From Paraphysomonas bandaiensis (Eukaryota > Protista > Chrysophyceae): a stretch of DNA of 59,548 nt. This document shows, piece after piece, positions 26,590 through 38,161 of the stretch; the stretch's first letter is position 1, and every line of letters starts with the position of its first letter. The position numbers and the translations under genes are program-made. The stretch is from assembly GCA_965644295.1 (NCBI GenBank), contig CBFFRP010000174.1, positions 1 through 59,548 of the forward strand, in the 5' to 3' direction. The notes below the pieces were generated by a model. It did no database searches, had not been told where the DNA came from, and saw only the letters and a list, made by a program, of their open reading frames with translations.

Positions 26590-27005
26590 AGTAGTGAGTG
26601 TCTTAGTATTAAGAATAATTAGCAATAGGCGTTTAAGAGTCAGAACTAATTTAGCAAAACAATTTAATAACAAACTAGTCCTTGACTCTGAAATACTACT
26701 CGTTTGCGCTACGAAAGCTTCTTATGCATCCACCAATGTGCAACCACTTTCAATCTATCACTCAAAACCAACGCAGTAAGCAAGCAGAATGTTGATATAC
26801 CTGACATCTTCTGACTCAAGAAGTTTTGAGTCATTAAGGTGAAGTGCACCTTGTACCACACAAGCGTTTAACTATGGGTAGGCAGAACAATATTTGCTGA
26901 CTATATAAGCGCCTCACGTTAGTTTCCCGAAGAAATATATATCTCCGGTAAAATATCCCCCAGAACACCAACTTTGTTGAGGCGTGAGCCCGACTTTGTT
27001 GAGGG
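26590..27005 (-). mobile_element. Same repeat family, copy D
   Basis: Matches copies A and G; ends CGACTTTGTTGAGGG; local duplication of ACTTTGTTGAGG. Confidence 0.85.
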
Positions 27006-27842
27006 ATGACAATAATTGGACTAAATTAACTCAAATCAATATACCCCCGAATTTTAGTAATTGCTACAACTAATGTACCCCTCTGCCCCCTACCACAGAA
27101 GAATGCAGAGAAAATAGAAATGCGTTGCAAAAACGCGACGTAATATATTTTTACTGTGTCTGTGTCAGTTTCGGAAGCCTTCCATTGTCATCATCATAAT
27201 ACATCACGCTCATAACCTCTGCCAGTGTGTATGACGCACAAAACCCTGACAACCTACGACGTGATTGGAATCCTGCAAGACTGGGTAAGGTCCACTGTCC
27301 CAAATTAACTTTAGCATTAGGCGGGGCATTTGAATTCTTGTAGTGTTGTATCGAAGTTCTGGTTTAGAAGGTAGATAACTTCTACTCCTCCACTGATATC
27401 GTTGTGATCTTCTGCATCAGACGAAGGATGGAATATAACTTGGAGTAGGGCCTGATGACTACTAATGTTAATGCCATAATAATTGCGGGAAAATAGTCAG
27501 TAATGACATATGATATATAAACTACCTCCACGGCCCGACTCTGTTGGTGGTATAATTAGCATGTTACAGTATCTATTCGTGGAATGGCTAAACTTTCCCG
27601 GGGTTCTATCGAACAGAAACCTTTTAAAATAATGGAACTATAGCTACCATTTGTAAATGTTAACATAAACTAAACTAGAAGTGGCAGTAGATGGATAAGC
27701 CAATACTAAAAAGTACACCCAACATGGACTAAGCAAAAGTTAGAACGAAGAGAATATTTTGGAATCTTACGACAGCAGCTTTATTAGATAAGAGAATTGT
27801 GATGTCCTAAAATCTACTAATGAATTCAGAACACGGATCCGC

Positions 27843-29168
27843 TTACTTCTTCTTGGCACCCTTGCCTGCAGCGTACTCCTTCTTAACAACAGTCTTGATG
27901 ACACCAACAGCAACAGTCTGTCTCATGTCACGAACAGCAAAACGTCCAAGAGGAGGGTAGTTGGCAAACTCCTCGACAACCATGGGCTTGGTGGGCTCCA
28001 TGGTAACCATACAGGCGTCACCGTTCTTGACGAACTTGGGGTTGGCCTCGAGGGTCTTACCAGTACGGCGGTCCATCTTCTCGTCGATGTTCTTGAACTT
28101 GGTTGCAATGTGGGCAGTGTGGCAATCAAGAACGGGGCAGTAGCCGTTCTGGATCTGTCCGGGGTGAGACATGATGATGACCTGGGCCTGGAAAGACTCG
28201 CAGCCCTTGGCGGGATCGTCAGCATTGTTGGAAGCAACGTAGCCTCTCTTGATCTCCTTGACGGAGACGTTCTTGCAGTTGAATCCAACGTTGTCACCAG
28301 GGACGGCCTCCTTAAGGGACTCGTGGTGCATCTCGACAGACTTAACCTCAGTGGTGAGGCCGGAAGGAGCGAAGCAGCAGGTCATGCCGGGCTTGATAAT
28401 TCCGGTCTCGACACGTCCGACAGGTACAGTTCCGATACCACCGATCTTGTACACGTCCTGAAGAGGAAGACGGAGGGGCTTGTCGGTGGGGCGCTTGGGG
28501 GCGTTGACGTTGTCGAGGGCGTCAAGGAGGGTAGGTCCCTTGTACCAGGGCATGTTATCGGACTTCTCGATCATGTTGTCACCAACCCAACCGGAAATGG
28601 GAACGAAGGCAATCTTGGCGGGCTTGTATCCGACCTTCTTGAGGTACTGAGAAACCTCCTCCTTGATGTCGTTGTAACGAGACTCGGAGTACTGGCAGGA
28701 GTCCATCTTGTTGAGGGCGACAACCATCTGCTTGACACCAAGGGTGAAGGCAAGAAGGGCGTGCTCTCTGGTCTGACCCTCAGCAGCCCATCCACCCTCG
28801 AATCCACCAGGGGCAGAGTCGATGACAAGGACGGCAACATCGGCCTGGGAGGTACCGGTAATCATGTTCTTGATGAAATCACGATGGCCGGGGGCATCAA
28901 TGACGGTGAAGGAGTACTTGGGGGACTCGAACTTCCAGAGAGCGATATCGATAGTGATACCACGCTCACGCTCGGCCTTGAGGTTATCAAGGACCCAGGC
29001 GTACTTGAAAGACTGCTTACCGAGCTCGGCAGCCTCCTTCTCGAACTTCTCAATAGTTCTCTTGTCGATTCCACCGCACTTGTAGATCAAGTGACCAGTG
29101 GTGGTAGACTTACCGGCATCGACGTGACCGATAACAACAATACTAACGTGAATCTTCTCCTTTGGCAT
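27843..29168 (-). CDS. EEF1A: Translation elongation factor 1-alpha (intronless CDS)
   Basis: [46 protein letters not shown]; strong codon bias. Confidence 0.99.
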   Translation of the reverse strand: MPKEKIHVSIVVIGHVDAGKSTTTGHLIYKCGGIDKRTIEKFEKEAAELGKQSFKYAWVLDNLKAERERGITIDIALWKFESPKYSFTVIDAPGHRDFIKNMITGTSQADVAVLVIDSAPGGFEGGWAAEGQTREHALLAFTLGVKQMVVALNKMDSCQYSESRYNDIKEEVSQYLKKVGYKPAKIAFVPISGWVGDNMIEKSDNMPWYKGPTLLDALDNVNAPKRPTDKPLRLPLQDVYKIGGIGTVPVGRVETGIIKPGMTCCFAPSGLTTEVKSVEMHHESLKEAVPGDNVGFNCKNVSVKEIKRGYVASNNADDPAKGCESFQAQVIIMSHPGQIQNGYCPVLDCHTAHIATKFKNIDEKMDRRTGKTLEANPKFVKNGDACMVTMEPTKPMVVEEFANYPPLGRFAVRDMRQTVAVGVIKTVVKKEYAAGKGAKKK

Positions 29169-29394
29169 CTTGACTTTCTCTTATCTGCTGTCAAATTTAT
29201 GAGTGATGCTGACAATGAAAACAAGCAGATGGGATTTTATTCGTCGCATATAAACCAGTAGAATTCTACTGGTATCTTGGAGAGGTGTGTGGATGATAGT
29301 AAAGGAGATCTTGAAGGGTTTTTTCAGTGGTATTTATCAAATTCAGTACACGGTACACCCGGATAGAGCAGTACTGCTGCTGAAATATTATAAG

Positions 29395-29402
29395 AAACCC
29401 TA
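29395..29402. promoter_or_regulatory. Telo-box-like AAACCCTA upstream of eEF1A
   Basis: Exact motif ~230 bp upstream of the ATG; near-identical context at 21273-21280. Confidence 0.4.
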
Positions 29403-29657
29403 GTTTTTGATTACTTATTTTTACAATATGGGGTATTGCTCATAAAAAAAACTATTTTTGGGTATTATTAGTATAAACTCCTGGGTATTATTATGATAAT
29501 TCCGTCCCTGGGTCAGCCCACCCTCCCGGAGCCTGGGCTCAGTTCAACAGTTCCTCATGCTCTCTTCCAGTCTACAGTAGACCTCCAGCCTATACTACAC
29601 TGAAGCCTCTGCTCTGTGCATTAATCTATTGGGCCTCTACAGTCATCTGTTGTAGTG

Positions 29658-30778
29658 ATGCTCCCTCTTCTGCTTCTCTCTGTAGTGGTTAGAGCTGTGC
29701 TGTCATCTCCTCATGTGCACAGTGTGAGCAGCTGTGAGTCCACTCAGAAGGTATCATTTCATGCTGATCTGACTTCAGCGGAGAGTGTGTGTGGTCATAT
29801 TGACGCTCAGGTGATGTCACTGTATGCTGCGTGTGGTTGATGTGCATGACTGTTGCTTTCAATCAGGGCACTCTCACTGCTATTAAGGCCAAACTAGACT
29901 TCTTGGGGGGAGATAACGGCGAGTACCCCTATGAAATGAAGGTCACCGTTGAAACGCCGAATGAATATTCTGTAGAAGTGGGATATGGCACATATTTCTC
30001 TTGGCCGGATTCTTGGTTTCGGCCGAATAAAGGTCGCTACGTAAGTATTCAGGGTTTGACAGAAGTATCCCTTCCTTATGCGAAAGGGCCATATAAGATA
30101 TGCATAGAGAATGCGTACCCTTATGGTATTCGAGGTTCTCGAGCTCACTACAAAGGTGAACTGGTTCTTGGATATCTGACTGGCATTTGTCCGAGCACAC
30201 ATGGACCTACTCCAGTACCGGGCTCCCCCACTCCATCGCCCTCCATTGCGGCCACCTCTTTTCCATCTGTGTCCCCAGCTCCTTCCACTGCACATAGTTT
30301 GCTCATCACTAGTGAGTGTGATGCACCTATTGCTGTGTCTTTGGAGGCCAACTTGAATGGTGAAAACAAGTGCACACTTTTTTCTTCTCAGACAGTGTTT
30401 GGTGACGACGACGAGTTCAAAGACTGGGACGAGGCTGGAGACTACTTATCAGTTGAACTACTGTATGAAGGTTCGGACTCTGGCGAGTGGGCAGCCGACC
30501 TTGTTGTAGCGGTGATCAAACCGGACGGTACAGAAATCGACATTGGTTATGATACAGAATACCCTTGGCCTGACTCGTGGTACTCTTCGGAGTACGGATG
30601 GTATGAAGCTACCATTAATCTAGGATATAAGACCTTGTCAGATAGTTCCGGATTATATGAGCTGTGCTTACGTGATACCTGGTCTGAGACTGGTGTTGAT
30701 TCGCCCTTATATCAAGGCATCATTAATTTTGATCGAATAGCCCTGTCATGTAATGCAACATATGGCGATGTGCTGTGA
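29658..30778 (+). CDS. Secreted protein with two repeated domains joined by a Pro/Ser/Thr linker
   Basis: Hydrophobic signal MLPLLLLSVVVRAVLS; intron ~29811-29866; duplicated motif (V/I)GY.T...WPDSW....G.Y; linker PTPVPGSPTPSPS. Confidence 0.75.
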
Positions 30779-31089
30779 ACGTTTTGAGTGTACATACAAC
30801 TACAGATGCTATCAACTTCATTTAAGTGTGGTCAATTTATAAATCCTTTCATAATTATAATGTCTTTTATTACCCTTGGAAATAGTGAAATTAGATGTAT
30901 TTCTTTTTCGCATGTAAATTATAGAAAAAGTGTATCTAGGTGGTAACACTTGCATAGATTCCATTTTTAGTACGTGTCATTAAGATCACATGATAACTGA
31001 TAACTACTTGCCGCTTAGCTAGTCGCAAGTTTCTTCATACTCATTTTCTGATCCATTAATGTTATTATCGCTACATTCACACTCAACAA

Positions 31090-31158
31090 TCAACGAAGTC
31101 GGACTCGCACCTTTTCGTGGCGTTCTGGGAGATAAGTACCGGAGATATTTGTCCTGGG
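31090..31158 (+). mobile_element. Same repeat family, copy E (head fragment)
   Basis: TCAACGAAGTCGGACTCGCACCTTTTCGTGGCGTTCTGGGAGATAAGTACCGGAGATATTT. Confidence 0.85.
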
Positions 31159-31650
31159 CCGTGTTGAGTTATGCAATATGATGTGATATATATTGTGCAA
31201 TTGATATGAGTTAATAGTGTGCAATAGGTGAAGTCAACTCATAGGTGTAACGGGTGATTATAGTTACAAAGGTTTTTAATTCAGTTACTGATGTGTGACT
31301 ACATAAGATATAGGAATGACTGGTGAACATATGATAAGCAGATGTTCCGAAGAACAGATGTTTTACCAGGTGTTACACGAATAAGTAGTTAAGTGTTCAG
31401 ATTAATAATCATAATATTATCTTACTTGAAAGTGCACTGTGTTCAACAACACAAGATTAAGATTAAGGTGTAGATCAAAAATAACATCAGTGATTTGGTA
31501 GAGACACCTATTCTATTGTAATTGATGTGTGTAGTATTCTATCCAGAGTGAGTGGAATTTTTTGGTATTAATAAGGTGGTTATCATCAACCTGCTGGTAA
31601 AATTAGTTTATATACATCACTTGCAATACTGCATATCAGGCTTGCGTAAC

Positions 31651-31763
31651 AATTAATTGGCAATTAATAGGTGACAGGTGTCCAGCAATAATAATTGCAA
31701 TTATTAATCAAGCATCCAATTATTGGCAATGCAATTGTAATTGACAACTATTGCCAATTAATT
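31651..31763. repeat. 113-bp MITE-like element with 14-bp terminal inverted repeats
   Basis: AATTAATTGGCAAT ... ATTGCCAATTAATT; internal palindrome AATAATTGCAATTATT. Confidence 0.55.
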
Positions 31764-31789
31764 TCCTTTAATTTTATTGATAGATTAGA

Positions 31790-32110
31790 ATAACCTTCTG
31801 AACTATAATCTCATCCCAAAGAAATATTAACATTTTCACGCAGAAAATTTAACGTCTAGGTGTCATTCGCTTGCGAAATATAGTCATAACCATCTTAGCT
31901 CTGCTAAACAACCTCACACAAACATTGGTAGTGCTATACCAATACTTCATGCAATGATATCGTGTTGGAAGTTTGATGCGTGCTTTTTGGCTCTTTCGGT
32001 TGTATTTAACTAAACGAATGGCCTCGTCTTCCTCCTCCTCATCTTTCTCTTCATCAAGTTTACCTTCGTGTGCAGGTAAACCATTTATCAAAAAGCGTCG
32101 CACCTGCGCT
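31790..32110 (-). pseudogene. Relic of a hAT-like transposase C-terminal dimerisation region
   Basis: STTNVCVRLFSRAKMVMTIFRKRMTP resembles the S..ER.FS......R..L motif; FLRENVNILW follows in a shifted frame. Confidence 0.6.
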
Positions 32111-32408
32111 TTTTCAGCGCGGTTAATAGTGCATATACACTATTATATATTGTGATGTGTAATTGTTATACAAGCAAATAGATGTATTCAAAAACAACTA
32201 TTTCATAGATACTAAATAGTAAATTCTTTTGTTAAAAATGCTGTTACAGGATTATAGAAGAAAAATAAAAATGAAATTTGCTTATATCCGTTATTCACTT
32301 TCTGTACCAATTACCAATAATAGTTTTCAAACAACACAAATCACTTGTCGCAGAAACACCAACGCCTCTTTATCTCTGACTTCCTGAAGAGTAGAGAGAA
32401 AAGAAAAC

Positions 32409-34436
32409 TCACTCCGGCATTGGCTCCGTATCCAAGGGAATTGTATAGATACCGTAAACGTCTAAAACCGTGTACAACAGGACGCAGAATACAGCAAGGA
32501 CACACGTCAACACGTAATATGACGGCAGTAAACTCAATTTCATTCCAACAGCGATAGCCCCAACATGAATTATAGTTGCAATAGAATCCCGATATTGTTT
32601 TTCACCTATATACTCCTCATGAAGTCCATACCACCAGTCCATGCGTTTACAGAACAATGAGGGGGAAAGTCTTTTCAACACAAAGCACGTGTGACCCAAC
32701 TCGTTAAAATTCTTGTAGACACATGATATCATAGAACAGTGAAATCTCTGCAAAGCAGTGAGATGTGGCACAACTGATTGGTTCAATACCATCAGTCTGA
32801 AAACATCGATACCCAACTCCGATAACGTTAAGACGAAGAAGCAGCACATAAACGTCCACCATCCACAACACAGGATGGCACTTAAAGGATAGCCGAAAAT
32901 AAACCACAATAACGCCAACTCTGTTGCATTAGGTGAGGAATAAAAGGTATAATCAGTATGCTTCAATAGCAATAGAGAATCGGATATCGCCCATCCAAAA
33001 AACCTCCATGGATTAGGCTTGCCCTTGTCCCACCAAGGGTGTAGTATCTTGGCAGAAGGAGCCTTCAAAAAGGGGGATCTCCACTCCTTCATAACGTCAC
33101 GGACATATGCGATATCTTCACCTCCACCAGTTTTACTAAAGTCAAGATCAAAACGAGACTTTCCACGCCGTGTGAGAAGGTTGGCAGTCACAGCCCAAGG
33201 TGCGTTCCGTCCACCCGGATCTAAAGTCGCAACACCCCAAAAGTAAGTCAGATAAGACATTGTAAGGCCGGCAGTTAAGGAGTTATTGCACATTGGTAGA
33301 TTAGATTTACCAGCAAATCCACAGGCTTCATTACCATCCTCACGGATTGCCTCCACGTAAGCATGTAGAATATTTTCATAAGGCTTTACATCATCGTCCA
33401 GAAACAGAACCCACTGCGCTGTGGCTTCATCCAGACCACGATTCCTGGAGAACGATGCTCCCATATTCTTTTCATTTACTCGAACAAAGACATTATCTCT
33501 AAATCTTTCTTTATCTTCGAAGTATTTACGAATTGTAGACTGTGAAGGGTCATCTACTATTATAATAAAACGTACGTCGCTCTCATTCGGAAACGATAGT
33601 GAAACAATATCTTCCAGCACTGAGATCTGACAACGAAATGACGGTACGATAACATCAATAGTTGTCTTCAAGCAATCCGCTTTCAATCCATATCTTTTTA
33701 AAATTATATCAATACCTTCAGGAAGCAATGTGGATTTCCAATCGATGTGCTGTCGTGAATAACGCGAAGCAAAGACTTCATCCCCTCCCATCCTGTTATT
33801 GAGCACAATATTCTCGGCAAACCTCCGGGCTCCAAATGGTCGATAAATTTCCCATAGGTATGGATCACCGTCTTGGTTGACGAAATCAGGTGGAAACAAA
33901 TGCTTGAAGATGTCAATATGTGCCCGTGAAACAACTGGAAAAGTTGGGAAACCAGGAAAGGTTTCGTCACGAATTGCAACCACTCCAAAGTGCTTGGGGA
34001 GCTTATCACTTATATCACGTACACAGGTGTCGATTTCTTGAAACTTTGATTCCACATCACGCAACCACGAGCGAGTCTTGTCGCCGGCTGATGTGCGAAT
34101 AGCCACATCATCGCCCAACAGAGTGAAGTATTCCAATGTTTCATCTTCATAAGCAAGCATCGCCAGAGAGTTAGCGATATGGCATATTCTGGGGGGCTCA
34201 TTAGGGGGGAAGACTTCAACTCTTACATCATATGAGGGAAAACAAGTCCCGATCGATCCATCGTCACGCATGCATAGAAGGATCTCATCATCTGAATCAA
34301 TGCCAATGTAGATAGCACACTCTTCTTGAGGAGGCAGACATTGTTGAAGGTCATACAAGGATCGGATAAGAGATTCTCTTGATTGTCCTCGAGATGTGAT
34401 GGGCAAGAGCACAGCAATCCGACTGGGAACACACAT
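32409..34436 (-). CDS. Intronless glycosyltransferase with two GT-A (GT2-like) domains and C-terminal TM helices
   Basis: Domain 1 VLLPITSRG..IGIDSDD..LLGDDV; domain 2 IDVIVPSFR..IIIVDD..GASFSRNRGL..VLFLDDDV..GGGED. Confidence 0.88.
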   Translation of the reverse strand: MCVPSRIAVLLPITSRGQSRESLIRSLYDLQQCLPPQEECAIYIGIDSDDEILLCMRDDGSIGTCFPSYDVRVEVFPPNEPPRICHIANSLAMLAYEDETLEYFTLLGDDVAIRTSAGDKTRSWLRDVESKFQEIDTCVRDISDKLPKHFGVVAIRDETFPGFPTFPVVSRAHIDIFKHLFPPDFVNQDGDPYLWEIYRPFGARRFAENIVLNNRMGGDEVFASRYSRQHIDWKSTLLPEGIDIILKRYGLKADCLKTTIDVIVPSFRCQISVLEDIVSLSFPNESDVRFIIIVDDPSQSTIRKYFEDKERFRDNVFVRVNEKNMGASFSRNRGLDEATAQWVLFLDDDVKPYENILHAYVEAIREDGNEACGFAGKSNLPMCNNSLTAGLTMSYLTYFWGVATLDPGGRNAPWAVTANLLTRRGKSRFDLDFSKTGGGEDIAYVRDVMKEWRSPFLKAPSAKILHPWWDKGKPNPWRFFGWAISDSLLLLKHTDYTFYSSPNATELALLWFIFGYPLSAILCCGWWTFMCCFFVLTLSELGIDVFRLMVLNQSVVPHLTALQRFHCSMISCVYKNFNELGHTCFVLKRLSPSLFCKRMDWWYGLHEEYIGEKQYRDSIATIIHVGAIAVGMKLSLLPSYYVLTCVLAVFCVLLYTVLDVYGIYTIPLDTEPMPE

Positions 34437-36624
34437 CCTGGTTGTTAATTGTAGGCTAAATATGGGGGATTTGTAGAGATTTTGTGAAATTATGACTGTG
34501 TGTTGGAACTAAATATGTGTATATAGACAGTATCTTTTATCCAAAATCTGGACTTTTGTTCAAATGGACTATTCCGGACATAATACGATTGTAGTATACC
34601 CGTATAAGGTGTACTTATAATCCACCCTGTGGACAGGCTGATGTACATCCATGTACACCATGAACATGACCTACACCCAACATCACAACAATCAGAGACA
34701 TACACACTATCTGTACAATGGAGTATGTCAACATTATCTACACCCATTGTTGCCATCACACCCTGCCTGTGTCTCGAGTGATAAGGCAGAGGATCCCTGT
34801 GTCCTCAGAAGGACTATCGACGCTATATGCAGACAGTGGGATACATGAACCACTACTGAGACTCTATATTCGACTTACTACTGCGTGATTGAAGGGGTGA
34901 GAGGGTGGGAGGGTCACGTGGCTTTGATTCTGTGCCGGTCAGCATTTGTCCAGAGGAAGGAGGGGTCCGTACAGTGCACATCAGTTCCAAATAAATGGAC
35001 CATAGCGATGGGTGGAGGACATTGATTGGCCGTATCAACCAATCTGATTAGATTTAAGGCACCGCTGCCGTCCGTAGAAAATTATGTGGATATGCTATCT
35101 AGTCACCAACTGAGTCACCTTATCAGTGCCGGAACCGACTTATCGAGTGGAAGATAAGCGATATTGATTTGGTAGAAAGAGCTTTGGCACTTTCTGGGCT
35201 TCTTTGTGCGTTGTACAATGATTAATGTTGCAATGCCCTTTACTGGCTTGTTTCTTTCAAGCCATCATGTTACGGTGCTGTAGGGTCACAGCAAGCAGTG
35301 TTCACTCATGCCATATATGTAGGATGATAATATACTGCAATCATTTAGATTTATTGGGGTCTTTTTACATCTATAATACAATTGTTGCCATGCTTGTCGA
35401 TTTAAATGGGCTTTACGGCGAGTGCAGCTGAGGATCGTTGAACGTCTATACATGTCTAGTCTTTGTTGGCTATTTTTAAGACTTTGTCCCGAATTGCCTC
35501 TCCACGAGACTTGCGTGAATGTGTATGTGTTATGTCTACACATATATTTTATGTATACCTTTGTATGTACTTTATATGCACATGTATGTACGATTCCTTA
35601 ATGTCTACGATATATGGGTTTACTACCTACAATGCTACATGTAAGCGACAGTGTTCGAATATTTGTATTAATGATCTTATGTATGAGAATATGTATGTCA
35701 CCTGTGTGTTTGTGTGCGTATTCATATATATACGAGCATTCTGAATGTGTGTATATCTGTGTGCTGACATGTAGATGTTAATAATAATAAGATATTGTTA
35801 TAGTCGATGCTAACTTGTATAAGTACTAGTCGTAGTAAAGTAGTTATTATGTATATGTTAAATGCAACGATAGGCAAAATGTGTTTACAAGAAGTAGAGG
35901 TTAGTCAAGTGGTTATGTAGTTTCAAAACAGCAACCAATTTTTCAAAACGCAAACACAAGAGATTAAGTTAAACATTACATCTACAAGTTCATACATGAC
36001 GTCTATAGCTCTCCAGTAATATTCTTGTTGTATTGTTTCAAAGTTCCGGTTATGAAGATAGGTCGCTTGCACTGTCAACATTACGATCATGTACAGCAGA
36101 AAAAGGTGTCTATATATGAGTGTTCGGTCAAAAATGGTAAACTTGGTATAACCACGGTAAAAATTATACCCCCACAATAGACATCAGACAAACGAGGAAA
36201 AGTTATTTATTTCCGTTGATCGTTACGTCATATGCATAGGAGAGTCCCGTACACAGACAGGACTACGATTTGTTTACTAGAGACTAGTGTACTCCACCAC
36301 AATACTGATTCTAGAAAATAATCACTACAACATATCCGTTTCTTAAATTCAGTCCTAATTGAAGCGACCCTAACTAATCGATTTTACTTATTGCTCAGTA
36401 CTCAGTACTCTACATCGCAAAGTTATACCGCACTATGAATTCCAGATTTTGTCGATGCTCATGTTGAAAGTTTGTAGCAATTTCTTCCAATAACAAGGCA
36501 ATAATTAAGATTTCGCTGGGCAACACAAACATTATCTATTTAATAGACTAAAGACTAAAGTACTCCATCCAATATATCTACATATCGCTAGCCTGAAAGA
36601 TGGAGCTATACCTACTCACTACAA

Positions 36625-37921
36625 TCATGGGTGCTTCAAATGGCACTTGTATATATTGATCTTGGGAGACAAATAATCGGGGTGCAGTTCACTGGGTGGT
36701 ACCTGTCATAAGGAAAAGAACAATATGAAGCGGAGTATAATTAAAGTCGTGTTCAAATCCATAGCACACACATACCCTATCGATATAAAATCTCTCTTCA
36801 AGGAGACTGAAGAAAAGTGATTCTGTCTTTAACGATCGGCTCTGGCGCAACTTTACATCATACAACGAGGATTGTAAACATATATATACCTGATGGGCTA
36901 CAAGTACTGTCGTCACTGGCGACGCCAATGCAACTAGTGCTTTCACAAGCAGCGGTACGAGCTCATCAAGCCATACTACATCCGCCGCTACAAAAAACGT
37001 ATTAGATTTGAGAACTGAAGAGAAAGTGTATATCCACATCTTCTCACTCAGGGCATATGTACTCCATAAATACTAATCGGCTAACCCGCTGTACCTAGAA
37101 TTACATCCCACTGCTTGGACATTGATGGTCGGATATCACTTGGTCTTATGTAAGTGGTGGGGTCTGCCCAGTCTAAGGGAAGCACATGAACTGATTTCTC
37201 ACCATTATAGCTTCTTTTTCTCTCCTCGACAGACCTAGCATTTTCCTCCAGGTTCGGCAAAACATAATCAAGATCTGTCAGCACCACCAGAGATGCCCCT
37301 AACCGAACAAGTATGAGCTCATTTACCCAAATATGTATGATACAATCGATGCAGTTCACCTAACAATGACGCAGCTAATCCCGCAGTTCCAGTACCAGCA
37401 CCCACTTCCAGTATAGTTTTATCAGTAACAAGCTGACGACCGTGAAAGGTATCGAGATATTTCGCCAGGACTATTGAACCATCCCAAGTATTTAAACCCG
37501 TCCCTTCACTCCTGTTTAATTTCTCGGCAACTATCAATGTCGTATCTCCAATATTCAATCCTTCCTTCACATTGAACGCACGACCTTCAATCATTAACAT
37601 ATCAGTGTCGCTGTTAGTTTCTTCGATAGCGAGCACAGAGTGATACGGAGCCTCTCGAATAGTCGAATCTGCATCTAAATGCACATATTTGCCGCTATCA
37701 TTATCATAATATTCAAAATCAGTTATACATGAATCTGATATAGCAGACTTTAACTTCTCGTTAAGGTCTCGTACAGTCATCGAGCTGTCCACACTCAGAC
37801 GAACTTTAAGAGTCTCTTCTCGTGAATTGAACTGCACGATGAATATTCTGATCATGTCTGAACTCGTCAAAACACAGAATAACACTAGAAGAATGAAGAT
37901 TTCTTTCTTAACTCTTCTCAT
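36625..37921 (-). CDS. METTL21/family-16 protein-lysine methyltransferase with N-terminal ubiquitin/PB1-like region (multi-exon)
   Basis: GTGLNTWDGSIVLAKYL, ILEVGAGTG, VLTDL, LDW, ADVVW; last exon VPPSELHPDY..; start may be MIRIF (~37855). Confidence 0.87.
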
Positions 37922-38161
37922 GGAGGTTTATAATAGCAAGAGACCCACACACAGAGACGAGACGCACTGATCCATCGATCGTTTGACTGTCGTGCAGAGC
38001 GCTGTATCTGCAGTATACGTACCTGACTTATGTACTGCTGTACAGATGCTGCTGTACCTCTCTATGTGTATAGAAGTACGGCCGGTATGTGTGTTATGTG
38101 CGCATGAGACACTGTGCTGCACAGCGAACATCAGCTGCATGACATACCACATACAGCATCC

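Noticed and set aside
28110-29261. 383-aa antisense ORF over eEF1A
   Set aside because: Expected shadow of strong codon bias in a highly expressed gene
34760-35460. GC-richer segment resembling decayed coding DNA
   Set aside because: Stops in all frames and no identifiable motif
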